Assembly: GCA_023213395.1 (NCBI GenBank)
Contig: CM041465.1
Span: 50,475,741-50,539,740 of the forward strand
Length of the DNA stretch: 64,000 nucleotides
From: Cycas panzhihuaensis
Lineage: Eukaryota; Plantae; Cycadophyta
Direction: 5' to 3'
Below, piece by piece: positions 51,801-63,653 of this stretch. Position 1 is the stretch's first letter. The number at the start of each line of letters is the position of its first letter. The translations under genes and the position numbers were made by a program. The notes under the pieces were generated by a model that saw only the letters and a list, made by a program, of their open reading frames with translations, did not search any database and was not told the DNA's origin.

Positions 51801-53411
51801 AGGGACAGCTTGGAATGAGTCAATGTGACATTATATGCAAGTTCTTCTTCGACACAGATGGGGGCAACAACTTGGTATGCGGAAGAAGACAATGTGATTC
51901 CAATCAGTCTAAATAGCTTACTTTCAAGTTTCCCAGTCATTACCACAGAACATGAAGGTGGGTGAATAACACTAAGAACTTGATTATTAGTCAGTGACAC
52001 TCGGTCGAATCCACGGGAGACAAGTGTGGATAACGACGAAGGTTTTGTTTGAGATGGGGAATATACAAGACATCTTTTAAAGTAAAATTGGGCGGGGCAC
52101 AGGAGCTTGGGCATATAGAGCCCATGCCTTGAGCAGGTTGTGTCGACTTATCGACCATGTGTACTACTCCGGTGACCTCTCGAATCAAAATCACGAAAGA
52201 AGTCTCGGTGACAAGTCATGTCTTTGGGTAGCTCCGTGTCCATAACCCGGTCGATGATGATGTTGATGCAAGATTTGCACATCCAAGTGGTCGAGGTAGT
52301 GGCGAATCAAGGCGACAAATGGTCAGTGCCACGGTGTGCCTCGATGTACCTCTTAGGTCGGGAAGCAATAGATGAGGTGGATGCTTCCCTGCTTTGTTGA
52401 ATACGTGCCTCAATGAGATTTGCTTCTGTAAATAAGTCATCATGACTCTCATCAACATTGTGGGCTTGATGTTGTTGTTGTTGATGACGAGGCAATCTGT
52501 TGTAGTCAATGCGGCAATCTTTTGCAAGGTGTCCTTTCCTGTTACACCTTTGACACGTGGGAGCATTGTTGTTTGGCCGTCTCTGATTGACAGTCTTTTG
52601 ACTACTATTTTGCTGCTGACCTTGTTGTTGCCTATGTGGTTGTCCCTGTTGCTTTCCCCTGCCTCTTCCACGACCTCTTCTTCCTCCGCGTGAAGATTGA
52701 CCTTGCTGTTTGGTGTAGTATACTTCCTCGTCCATGTCGGCTTCAAAGGTCGCATTAGGAGTTGAATCGAAAGTGGGAAGCTAGTAGTGAAGGTCTTGTC
52801 ATGTTCAATAAACTTCTCATTAATGCTTGAAGTTGAGGGTCTTGATGTGCTAGATGGTGAAGATTTCCTAGCAGTTCTTATAATCGTGAACATGTAGACC
52901 TGGATTGAATTAGGAAGGCCCAAGTTATGCATTGGGTCTTAAAATCCCTATCAATGGCACATTTAATGGGGCGAAGAGCATTGATGGTTTCATGTGCTCG
53001 CCCTTTCTGCATTCGCATCTTGTTCATTTTCAATACCATATGAACAAACTCCAAGTCTGATCGAGTATCAAAGTTTCTTTTGAGGACTTGAGGACCTTGA
53101 AGGCGATGTCGTCTTTGCGTGTCATCGATCAGGTTGTGCAAGGAGTAATCTGTAACTAGCAGGATCCCTGCTCTGATCTTCTGGTCTTCAATGATCCACT
53201 GTCGCCGTTGCGGATTATGAGCAGGAGGAGCTGGGGGTGTGCCACCACTCTGCGGTGTGGTGTCGGTTGTAGGTACTATCGGGGTTCGCTCCAAGTGGTC
53301 CAGCCAGAGTCCCTCATACTTGGCTGCGTTCTTAACTCCCGTGAACCATAGATCCCAATTCTCCTTCCCTTTTAGCATACAGTTCACATTCTGCTTGAAG
53401 TTGGTCGACAT
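48840..53411 (-). pseudogene. Copia gag-pol, fragmented by many small indels
   Basis: CQRCNRKGHLAKDC, LVHSDICGP, HQLDVKTAFLNGDL and KNPVFHDRTKHI lie in different frames. Confidence 0.9.
50718..50857. repeat. Perfect 70-bp tandem duplication in the integrase-RT spacer
   Basis: 50718-50787 = 50788-50857. Confidence 0.95.
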
Positions 53412-53559
53412 GGTGGTGTGAAAAGATGAATAAGAGTGATGTATATAAATGTGTATGAAAATGCACTAAGTAGAAGAAGGTGGAGTCACTGACACTTGTG
53501 ATGTGTCTACCGACGGCAGTGGAATAATGAAGTAATGCAATGTAAGATGTGGAAGCAAA

Positions 53560-54365
53560 GAGATCACAAATAAGTATGTGATGTAAGTGATCTAATCAAG
53601 ATAAGTGAGAAGGCCTATATAGAAATAGGCATGTGGGTGCACAACTGGCGAAAACCAAAGTGATGTAGGATGTGTAACAAACCCAAACCTCTAACTTGTA
53701 TCCAAAGTAGGTGAGGTGTCGATGCCTAAGGGGCTTCTAGTATCGTAGTTAATGGCCTTCACCGCGATACCCGCTCCTTGGTGATGAAATCCAAGTAAAC
53801 GTGGAGCCAGTCTTGCTAGTCCTCACCCAGTTCACCAATGAGCAGCGATATACTCTCCGAAGAGAAGTACGTGCATGTCCACAGCTATGACGGATATTGG
53901 CCCAACTAAATTAATTATCTTGATTAAGGGTTTTCAGTTTTCCCAGATGGTTATCAGGATAGTCCCTGATTGGAGGCCGTAGGTATGGCTAACCTGTCCC
54001 TCCACCACTATACCTGGGTTATGACGGACCAGATGAAACTCACACCTCCCTTAGGGCCTGGACTTCGGCCAACCTTGGTCTATTTCAACCAAGGCGAGTA
54101 TGCGCACAAGTCAAGAACGGCGGTATAAAGTCGTCGAGATGAGTTGATTTTAAGGAAAGTGCTCTTGTTCTCGAATGTCATGTAAAATAATGGAAACCGA
54201 ATGTAAATGAATGTAAATGCTCCACTTAAGTGTTGTTGCCGTGTCCACCTAGTGCCCAAATGGCACTCTATGTGCCCAAGTGGCACTCAATGAAGTCTCC
54301 AAGTGCATGCAACCATTAAAATCATACACATGATGAGCCAAATCATCGGATATTGCTCCGATCCA
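53560..54365 (-). promoter_or_regulatory. Conserved structured RNA region in Copia 5' leader (copy 2)
   Basis: Homologous to 2825-3577; includes a cUUCGg hairpin (53851-53870), a three-way junction (53942-54018) and hairpins 54073-54094 and 54344-54365. Confidence 0.72.
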
Positions 54366-56239
54366 GATGATTGGCTTTACAAAGGATTTAAGTACCTTGT
54401 TCTTTTTACAAAAGGGCCAAAATAGGCCTCTAAAAGCCACAAAGGCTATAAATGTCTTTAAAAAACCCCTTTTACATACAATAATTTTTTTTTTTTTTTT
54501 TTTTTTTTAAAGAAGGGAAAAAAAAACTAAAAATTTGAGAAATACAAGGTACACTGAAAATTCAAATTTTCAGCAAACTAAGTCTATTTGTTACTGCATC
54601 TGCCCATCTTGTCACTATATGGCACAAATTTCAAAAATTTTTGAAAAATTAAAAATTTCAGTTCTTTGGCCTTCACCCACACTTTCAAATATACAAAAAT
54701 TTTGAAAAATCTTGTCAAAAGCAGGCAAAAAGCCAGCTTTAACTCATGACCAAAATGTACTAGAAAACCTAAAATTGTCATAACTTTTCAACGGAGTCGG
54801 ATTCATGTGAGACCTGTACCAAATGATAGATCGGGATGAGGAGATCCAAAACATGTATTACAAAGAAAAAACTCCTCGATTTTGTAGATCCGAGATTTTT
54901 AAATTTGGAAAATGACTGCAAAAACAGTCATTTGACCCTTTAAACTCAAAATCTCACATCGCTCCGAGACAAAAGTGCTTAGGATGCCAAGACGCACCCT
55001 CTTGGTGAAATTCCATGCGATTCTGGCACTTTGATTTTTGGCCGTCATCATTGTCTGAAAATCCGTCAGTCCGTGCATCGTCCGTGCGGTTTGATTTTAT
55101 ACTTTAAAATCTGCCTCTAATCGATGAGAGTCACCGATTTCTTCTTCAACAACCTTGAAATCGACTTTTGCAAAAAATGGCCAAAAATAGGCCAAAATGC
55201 CGGTTGAGGATCAAAAGATGGCTGAAAATTGCTATCGTTGAGCAATTCTCGTGCTCCTTTAGGCCTACAAATAGGTTGCTTTTAAGCGACCACACTCCTT
55301 CTTCTTATCTCAGGAAATAAGATAGTACAACAACATATAATTTTGTACTAAAAATCTGCTATAAAAGAGCTTTAAAAATGGATTTTTAAAAATCCTCAAC
55401 TCTTCACTTCACATGAATGGTGAAGAAGAGGAGAATATAGCTTGCAATCTCCTTGCAAGTGAGTGTGGCACTAGGATCCACCCAATGGCTCTGATACCAC
55501 TTGTTGAGGGAATGGATCTAGGGATCTAGTGCACTAACACTACACAATGGCAAATAGTGGAGGCAAGCACAATGTACTCAACAAGAGAATGTTAATAGCT
55601 TGAGCTCAAAGAGGAGAAGTGTAGAATATGATCACTCTCCATGTAATTTCAGCTTATATAATGAGGTTGCTCATTAGGGTTTGGAATTTGAGTTTTCCCT
55701 CCCAATGACATTCAAATGAGATTACATGAAATTACAATGAAATGAACTTTATGTCATTTCACTTAAGTGACTTAGGCATAGTCACCTTATCCTAAAGTTA
55801 TAAACATAAAAGTGACTTTATCTAATTCTAACTTCATGAAATGACCATGTGACATTAACATTGTCACACTAACACCTAACTCCAATGCACACAATACTTT
55901 TTACCATTCGAAATTGCCTTCAAACTTGTTTTGGTCTGCTTCATGTCAACACTAAATGTTTTCAAATACTTTGCCAATATACCACATATTTATAGCTTTT
56001 CGAAATCATTTTTATATGGAGTTTAGGGTCATTTTGAAGAGGCACCCCTCTCCAAATGACCTGCCAACTTTGAAATGCTCCACATAGTCATTTTGACATT
56101 CAAAATGAATGTATGCACACTTTTAAATTTGGCTTGGTAGTCAAATACAAATGGGTGACTTTAGAAACATCATGTGGCCAAAAGATAATGAACAATAATT
56201 TGATTATTTTCGAATGTTGTAGTTGCCACTCAAAAAAAA

Positions 56240-56497
56240 TGTTGCCATTGCATTATTGCACTTGAAGCACAGACTAATGTGCCTATCGCTATCACAAATA
56301 ATGACGAAGGCTTAAAAAATCATGTTCTGTACCAGAATCAGGTTTGCTTTTGCAAGGGCATGATCTTCCTAACCCTATCCTTGAGATGACGACCCAACAA
56401 GAACTCCACAATTTGATGTTCCTTCCTTTGTTGGCAATGAGAACAAAAAGATTTGTTCTAGCGAATAGATTTTTCCTTCCTTCGCCAGAATCCCTAC
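56240..56497 (-). pseudogene. RPS2: Captured fragment of 40S ribosomal protein uS5 (S2)
   Basis: Across frameshifts it reads ..LAKEGKIYSLEQIFLFSLPTKE/HQIVEFLLGRHLKDRVRKIMPLQKQT..RT*F.KAFVIICDSDRHISLCFKC. This matches the eukaryotic uS5 pattern [63 protein letters not shown]. Confidence 0.88.
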
Positions 56498-59400
56498 ATC
56501 AAGGAGACCAAGTCCTCCTCTAGTGCTAACAAATCCCTTTATAATAGGTGGCTTCAACATGTCTTTTGTTAAAAATAACAACTCATCCATTGTTTTTTTA
56601 GCAAAGTGTCCTTCCTTAATGGATTTTGTTCACTATTGAGTGAGCCTTTGTATAGAACATTGGGCAATTCTCTTGCCATTACGACTATGGCCCTCACGGC
56701 AACATCACACCAATATGAAAATTTCTAAGTTCCTCGTTTTAACTGGTTGTACATTATTATTACTTTGATTGCACTCCCTTTAATCATCACATATTTTGTA
56801 TGGTCACTTCTAAGATTGTTTATGCTAGAGTTGTCTTGTTGCCTCACTTGCTATATTTGATTGTCTCAATCCACGTTTGTCTTCAGTCTCATTATTCTCT
56901 CTACTGTGTAATGGTCTCATTAGAGTGAGCTCCAACATGGACATGACAAGTGGCCATCTAGACTCATGATCTTTGAATTGCCTGACACTACGAAAAATAG
57001 TGCCCAATAGGCACTAAATCCACTAGAATGAACCTAGGCATCTTTGTAATTAACCCAATGCGCCTAATACCTCAGAATAGCTTCCAAATAGACATAATTA
57101 GTGCCCAATTATATTTACAATTTCCCAATGGGCCCAATCTGCACTCTAGATAGTGCAACATCTAATTAAGCCCAACATGCTATAATGAGCTTATATGAGT
57201 TAGATACTGCCAAAAATTAGGGCCAAACAAGTTTTAGAGCTTTCAACACTACCTAATGATGTCATTCACAATTGAAAATGTTGTCAATCAGTCCTTCATG
57301 CTTGATACGAAGTTTAAATGGCATTCACACCTCATAACAATCGCTACTCTGTATTGCCTTTTACACGACATTGTTGTTGGCTTTACATGAGTTCAATGTT
57401 TTCAACAAGCATTTTTACTGCTTCAAATGAGCGTAATAGACATCTTAGTTTGTCCACATATGCCTATCCCCCAGTCAGTGTTACAAAAATAAGGTCAGGC
57501 TCAGCTAAAATCTTCAATGCCTTCTTACAAAGCCCAATCATGAATAGATGAAATACACGCTTCCAATGATCAATTTTCTCCATTTTTACGACCATACACC
57601 ATAGTTTTGTTTTTTTAGTAGTTGGAAAGAATCGACATCACCACTTTAGGGTTCTCATTTGCGTTACCAAATAAACTTTGATTTGATTAAGCTTTGCACT
57701 TGCTCTACCTTAGTTACACACCTCTGTTGCCTCTGATACCATATGAAGAAACACTGAACACATCGACAGGATCTTGATCATGCACAACAAGCATTCAAAG
57801 AACAATACACATGTATTTATATGGGAAACCCTTATGAGAGAAAATCCATGGTCAAATTAACGATAGTTTTATTGTATTAAAACACTTCTTGGTCTTGTGA
57901 CCTATTAGGATCACTTGACCTTGGTGGGTAGGCCTGTGAGGGCCTGATGCACCTTAGTACACTCATATGATATGATTTGTATTCGTTGATATCCATTCGA
58001 TATTCAATAACCTATATGGGGTTTATATTTATAATACCTTAAAGAGGTATGACCAACTAATGGTTGCGACTCTTCTTTGTGTCTGTGACTCTTCATTGCG
58101 TCTTGTAACTCTTTTACATTTTCTGGCTAAACCACACGAGTCATTAAATTGCCATGAGGTTAGCCTTAATTGAGTTTGCTACAGAATCGTTGAATTGTGA
58201 AGTAATAAAATTTTTCCCAATCTTCCAATTTCACAAACACTCAAAACGTAATTTACTAAGTTCAACTTTTGTCATGTCTTGCTTTTTTGCAAGACTTAGA
58301 TGATCCCATTCTTTTATATGTTTGGATAGGGAATACTCATTGTTTGTCATTTTCTTTTTGGTTGAGGAAAATTTCCTTCTATGTTTATTTTTCAAATTTT
58401 CTTGTTTTTTTTTTTTGGTCAAGTCTCATAATGCAATTTTGAATTATGATAAAATTTCATTTAATTCTACATCCCTTTTTTTTGCGAATTGTATTTATGT
58501 GATTTTAATGGGCACTCTCTGTAATGGAATGATTGTATCCAATTTAATCCGTGGCACAAAAATGGGATCACATCTAGCTAAAAATATGTGGTATGCCTTA
58601 GTTTATTTGCTAGTACGCAAGTTTTGTATGCTTTCTTGGCAATATACAAATCAATTTCTTAACTATTTGGAGGCAAATGCTATGTATCAGAGGATATACA
58701 GAATATGCAACACGATTGTGGGGCTGACAAATGATGAATATGAAATGGTGATCTCAGTTGATAAAATGGTGATACAAGTAGTAGAGGTGTTTTAATGAAT
58801 AAGGAGTTTTGGCGATTTTGTTTTTTTGAAATTTGAATGGTAAGAATATTCTTTTAATAGGAATATTCTTATTTTAATAAGTTTGTCAATCTCGTATAGT
58901 TACATTGCATTTGATGTTTGTGTGTTTGCAAGCTGAATATCATTGGGTTATTGCTATAATCACACAATGTTGTTGGTAGATTTAAACAACGACTAGTGCG
59001 AAGGCAATGTTAATCACATTAATATCTATTAATCAAGATGTCATCATGTCAGCCTTGAGGCAATGTTGTGGTAGAGTTACTTGTTGTTATATATTTCTCC
59101 AAATTGAAGGCAACCAAAGTTATCAACGTGGGGCAATGTTGTGGATAGGCTTTTTGTATATGTATCTCTAGTAATTACAATAGGGCACAAAGGCAATGGC
59201 CAAAGCTAACCATGGGCATCATTATATGTATCTTGCTCTCGATATATATTTATATCACAACTATATGTATATTGCTTAATTTTCTATGATATGGTTAGAC
59301 ATTAAAGCATGACTATGCATATATCACTTAGTTCGTTGTGATTTATGGAGCCAAATAGGAGACACTCAACCCAACACTATAGACGTGTTTGACGAGGATG

Positions 59401-59612
59401 AGAATACAGAGGGCAAGGAAAGAAGGGTTGGAGAGGAAAGAAAGGAAAATGGGATGATATTGATGAGAGAGGGATGTATTGCAAGATGGAGAGGCACTAG
59501 AGGAGCAAGGTGGCTGAATGAGTTTCTAAAAGAATTTACACAAAAACCTACAAGGGCATAGCTACAAGCAAATGGTGGAAGATAGATTGCAGAGATATGA
59601 GAGCATGGTAAG

Positions 59613-59614
<2 letters not shown>

Positions 59615-59650
<36 letters not shown>
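59615..59650. repeat. (TA)18 microsatellite next to a PBS
   Basis: Direct reading. Confidence 0.95.
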
Positions 59651-59654
<4 letters not shown>

Positions 59655-61669
59655 GCAAGTAAAGTGGCTTTGATACCATTTGAGGTGACTAGGTTGGTCA
59701 CGCTCTTACATTAGAGATAGCTATTGGTCAAAAGACCTAAAATATTTGAACATATGTTGGTAATTAACATTAAATGATGAAATAAGGTTACATTTGTCAG
59801 GTATATATATCAACGAATATGGAAGGTTGTGACTTATGAGATAAAGAGTCACCTCCTTCCATAAATAACCATCAATGCCTAATTACCTATTAATTAGGCT
59901 TAGTACATTAGGCCCACTCGCAGGTCTTTACAAGGAGGAATTGGTAAAGATTAATCATAAAGTTATTTTTCTTTGGAGCATTTGCTTACTCATGGATGCG
60001 TACGTGCTACGATGATCCTTGAGAGATATCCTTGTCTTGAAGAGGGTTGTGCATGATCAATTCCATCATTATTTGTACATGTTGAATTGTTGTTATGAAT
60101 AAATTGATATATTATTGCTGTTGTCTATTTTTTTTTTGGTGTGGAATGTTATGGAATCCCCTTTGGGCCATAGCACTCCTTAGCCTTGTTCCTAGCTCGA
60201 ATCATCCTTCCCCTTCATCTCTATTACTTTTCATGTTTGTATTGTATATGCACGTTGGGGAAAGGTGTATTTATTGAATTGAAGCAATGTTGACCCACTC
60301 CATGTAGCAATCTTCAAAGTGAAGGAAACCCTGAATTCACATTGTCTTTGTGCATGCCATCATGGTATAGGCCTTATAATAAAGCATGCACAACATGCTT
60401 TTTTTCCTTCCCAACATTGGATCTTGAAAGTATTGAGATTAGAATATTCCAATAGAAATAATTGGCCTTGTGAAAAAGGGGGTGGCAAACCAATTTTATT
60501 TTGAAGTATTTCAATGTTGGATTTATTTATTTAGGGTTTCCATCACATATTTGGCTTCAATTTTAAAATTCTAGATTGTTTCTTCGTTATATGTTGCATA
60601 TATTTAATATACATTAATATACAAATGGCTTCAAGCTAAGGAAGTGTGATTATGCTAAGTAGCATTGTATTCCAATTTCTCAAAGCATTTAATGTTAGTT
60701 GTTGGGGCTTATTGCTTGTATGGAAGATGTAAAAGGTACCATCTGTTATTTCAATTGAAATTGCGATTGATCATAATGGTGCATGCAATAGACTACTATA
60801 TCAAAAATTGCCTTCAATTTTACAAGTCAATATTGCTAGTAGAGGAAGAGGCAATTAGAGCTCAAGCATTGGGCTCCATCCACAACAATCATAAGACCAA
60901 TCAATCACTTCACAATGGGCATCATGAAAAATAAGATAAAAAGAGATTGCAAACAAGAATTGCATAAATCAGTGTCACATTTATATTAATACCTCAGTTT
61001 AGTCCTTGCATGAAAATCAAAATCATAGAAACCATGTACTACCCAAGAAGTTATAGGGCACCTCAAAGAAGCACATGAATCGAGAACATAAGAATTACAT
61101 GACATACAAGAATTGATCTTGTTGCACTTGCAACATTTAATTATAAAGATGAAATTGCATTAGTTTTTTTATATTTGTCTGTAAGTGATAATATTGATCA
61201 GAATATCAAATCTGCTATTTCTTCAAATGAAGCTTGGGAGATCGTTACTTCATTGTATGAAAGGAAGGATGATGTTGGAATTATATTATTTAAAAAGAAA
61301 TTGTTTAGTTTGCCATTTGTAGAATCCATGGCTGCACATTTGACAATAGTTAAAACAATTTGAAATCAATTCTCCACACTTTGTAAACTAGTATCTCATG
61401 AAGATCTGGTAACAATCACAATTAATAGTCTTTCTAAGGATCATCTCCAATCTCTCCATCAACAACAGATTGTCTATCATAACTTTCAATGGGTTGGAAG
61501 GGCTACTACTACAAGAACAACAAATTTACCTTTGGCATGGAGAAGCAGGACTGCACAGATTTACCTTTGGCATGGAGAAGCAGGATTGTCGGGTGCATTC
61601 ATCGCTAAGTACAAGGGCAAGCAACCCTTTATACCTAAAAGGAATATTCAAAAGAAGTTTAGGAATTTC

Positions 61670-61955
61670 AACATCAATGGTAATAAACCCAAAACAATCA
61701 CTTGTCACTATTGTGGTAAGATTGGCCATATACAACCTTAATGCAAAAAGATGCAGAATAACATGTGCCAATAGAATCAACCACCACCACAAGGACCAAA
61801 TCAAGGTGGCTTAACCTCAATGGTGATAAATCCAAAATTGTCACCTGCCATTATTGTGGTAAGATTGGCCATATACAACCTGAATGCAGAAAGAAGCTGA
61901 ATGACATGCGACAAGAGAATCAACCACCACCACAAGGACCAAATTGAGGTGGCTT
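61670..61955. repeat. 143-bp diverged tandem duplication of the Gag zinc knuckle (plus a 35-bp duplication at 61521-61588)
   Basis: Units start at 61670 and 61813, each encoding TCHYCGKIGHIQP. Confidence 0.9.
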
Positions 61956-62693
61956 TCAAGGAGGACGACAAGGCCCACATGGCAATCAAGGTGGTTGATT
62001 TCATTGTGGCAATCAAAGCCATACAACACAACATGATCAAAATGAAAAACTGTTAAGTGTCTTTGGTGATTGTCATAAAAACAACACTTGGGTTGTCGAT
62101 TTAGGTGCACTTATCACATGATAGGTGATACTGATTTACTTGTTGATATTTAAGAAAGCAATGGTGAAATAGTAACTTTTGGAGACGATGTTGCTATTGA
62201 GATTTTAGGAGTTGGCAAAACTCCTTCTATTATCAATGGCCAAAACCTTAATCAATCATTTCTTGGTGGCATAGTGTTTTTAGTTCTCGACATGTCTAGA
62301 AACCTACTTTCTGTTAGTCAGTTAGATAAGTAACAAATGAGAGTACTATTCAAAAACAAGAAATGCATCATAAGAGCTAAGAAAGACCAAATTATTGTTG
62401 TTGGTCATGAAGTGCAACATCTAACAACACTTATGCCTTGGTCTCATAGTTAAAAAGTAAAGATCAATTATGGCATGAAAGATTATGTCATTTGAACTTA
62501 TAAAGTATTAAGTTGATGTTTAAACTTAACATGTTGTATGGCTTGTCCAAGATTTCGGTAAGAAAGTGCCTTTGTGAGCATGTTTAATGGGGAAACAACA
62601 TTGCGAACCATTTCTTAAAGGCAAGGCATGGAGAGCTCAAAGTTTGTTGTAATTAGTACATTCTGACAGCTGTGGACCCATGTCTTGACTTCT

Positions 62694-63653
62694 GGGAGGA
62701 TACATGGTGCAACAACTCTCAGCTGAAAGGTAGGCCTATGGTGGGTCACCTATAGGATGTTTATGAGAGATTGTATGGAAAAAAGGTCAAAAATTACTTG
62801 GGAGGGGCAGGGTCGGGATAGATCCCAGAGATTTTTTGAGAATATGTAAGGGGATCGGGAGATAAGTGAAGGCATTATTGTCCTTAAGAAAGAGATAGAT
62901 TGATGTTATATCCTAAAAACTCCTAAAGCGGATTCTATAGTTTGGGCTCACTCCCCTTTGGGGGAGTACTCAATGAAGTAGGGGTACCGGGCTATTTGCA
63001 TCGATGGGGGGGGAACTAAGAATCCAATGCTAGAAGGAGTATGGAAGATGGGTTTAATACCCAAAGTGGCAGTCTTCTAGTGGCTTTGCCTGAGAAACAA
63101 GATCTTGACAGTGGACAATTTATGCAAGAGGGGCTTTGTTATGCCAAATAGGTGTATGCTCTATAAAATAGAGGAGGAGTCACTGGATCATATCAACCTC
63201 CATTATTCTTTCTCCAAAAATGTTTAAATGCTTATATGGTCCCAATTTAGGATAAAATAGGTGGCTTCTAGGACTCTAAAAGAACAAGTGATGAGATGGA
63301 AGTGCCCTTTCAGGAGTAAGATCCTGGACTATATTTGGAACAGTACTTTACCCATGGTGCTATGGAACCTATGGAAGGAATGAAACAGAAGGATCTTTCA
63401 GGAGAAGGAAATGGATGAAGTTAGGCTACATGAGGTCACTAGTACAACTATTGTGGAATTAGTTAAAATCATAGAAGAAAAAAGCATATCTGAATTCAAG
63501 GGAAGTATTATTGACAGTTGGGGAATAGGCAGATCCAATATTATTGGGGAATTGAGGAGGAAATATACTTAGATTCCTCCTATGGTAAATTGGGTTAAAA
63601 TAATCTTTTGATGGAGCCTCTAAAGGCAACCCAGGGGAGACTGAAGGGGGAGG
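62694..63653 (+). mobile_element. L1-type LINE ORF2 fragment (zf-RVT and start of RNase H) inserted in the Copia integrase
   Basis: WKMGLIPKVAVF.WLCLRNKILTVDNLCKRG..PNRC...EESLDH, LWNLWKE.NRRIF, WVKI.FDGASKGNPG. Confidence 0.88.

Larger units (their letters stand above)
48044..55868 (-). mobile_element. Very young full-length Ty1/Copia element with ~2-kb 5' leader
   Basis: 367-bp LTRs 48044-48410 and 55502-55868 differing at one position by eye, perfect TSD CTAAC, PBS 55487-55499, PPT 48412-48421. Confidence 0.97.
30303..58183 (-). mobile_element. Gag-only (TR-GAG-like) Copia-derived element hosting three inserts
   Basis: LTRs 30303-30757 (PPT TCCCCCTT follows) and 57742-58183 (PBS 57730-57741 precedes). 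Gag remnant 42248-43166, no pol seen, no TSD found. Confidence 0.65.
28377..59907 (-). mobile_element. Old non-autonomous LTR element with Gypsy-type PPT, forming the outer shell of the nest
   Basis: Related ~225-bp LTRs at 28377-28600 (followed by PPT AGCTCTCCCCTCT) and 59681-59907 (preceded by PBS 59666-59678). LTRs are diverged and no TSD was found, so pairing of the two LTRs is inferred. Confidence 0.55.

Noticed and set aside
58322-58795. 157-aa hydrophobic plus-strand ORF as a possible env-like gene
   Set aside because: It is antisense to the enclosing element, its hydrophobicity comes from T-rich composition, and it has no recognisable motif.
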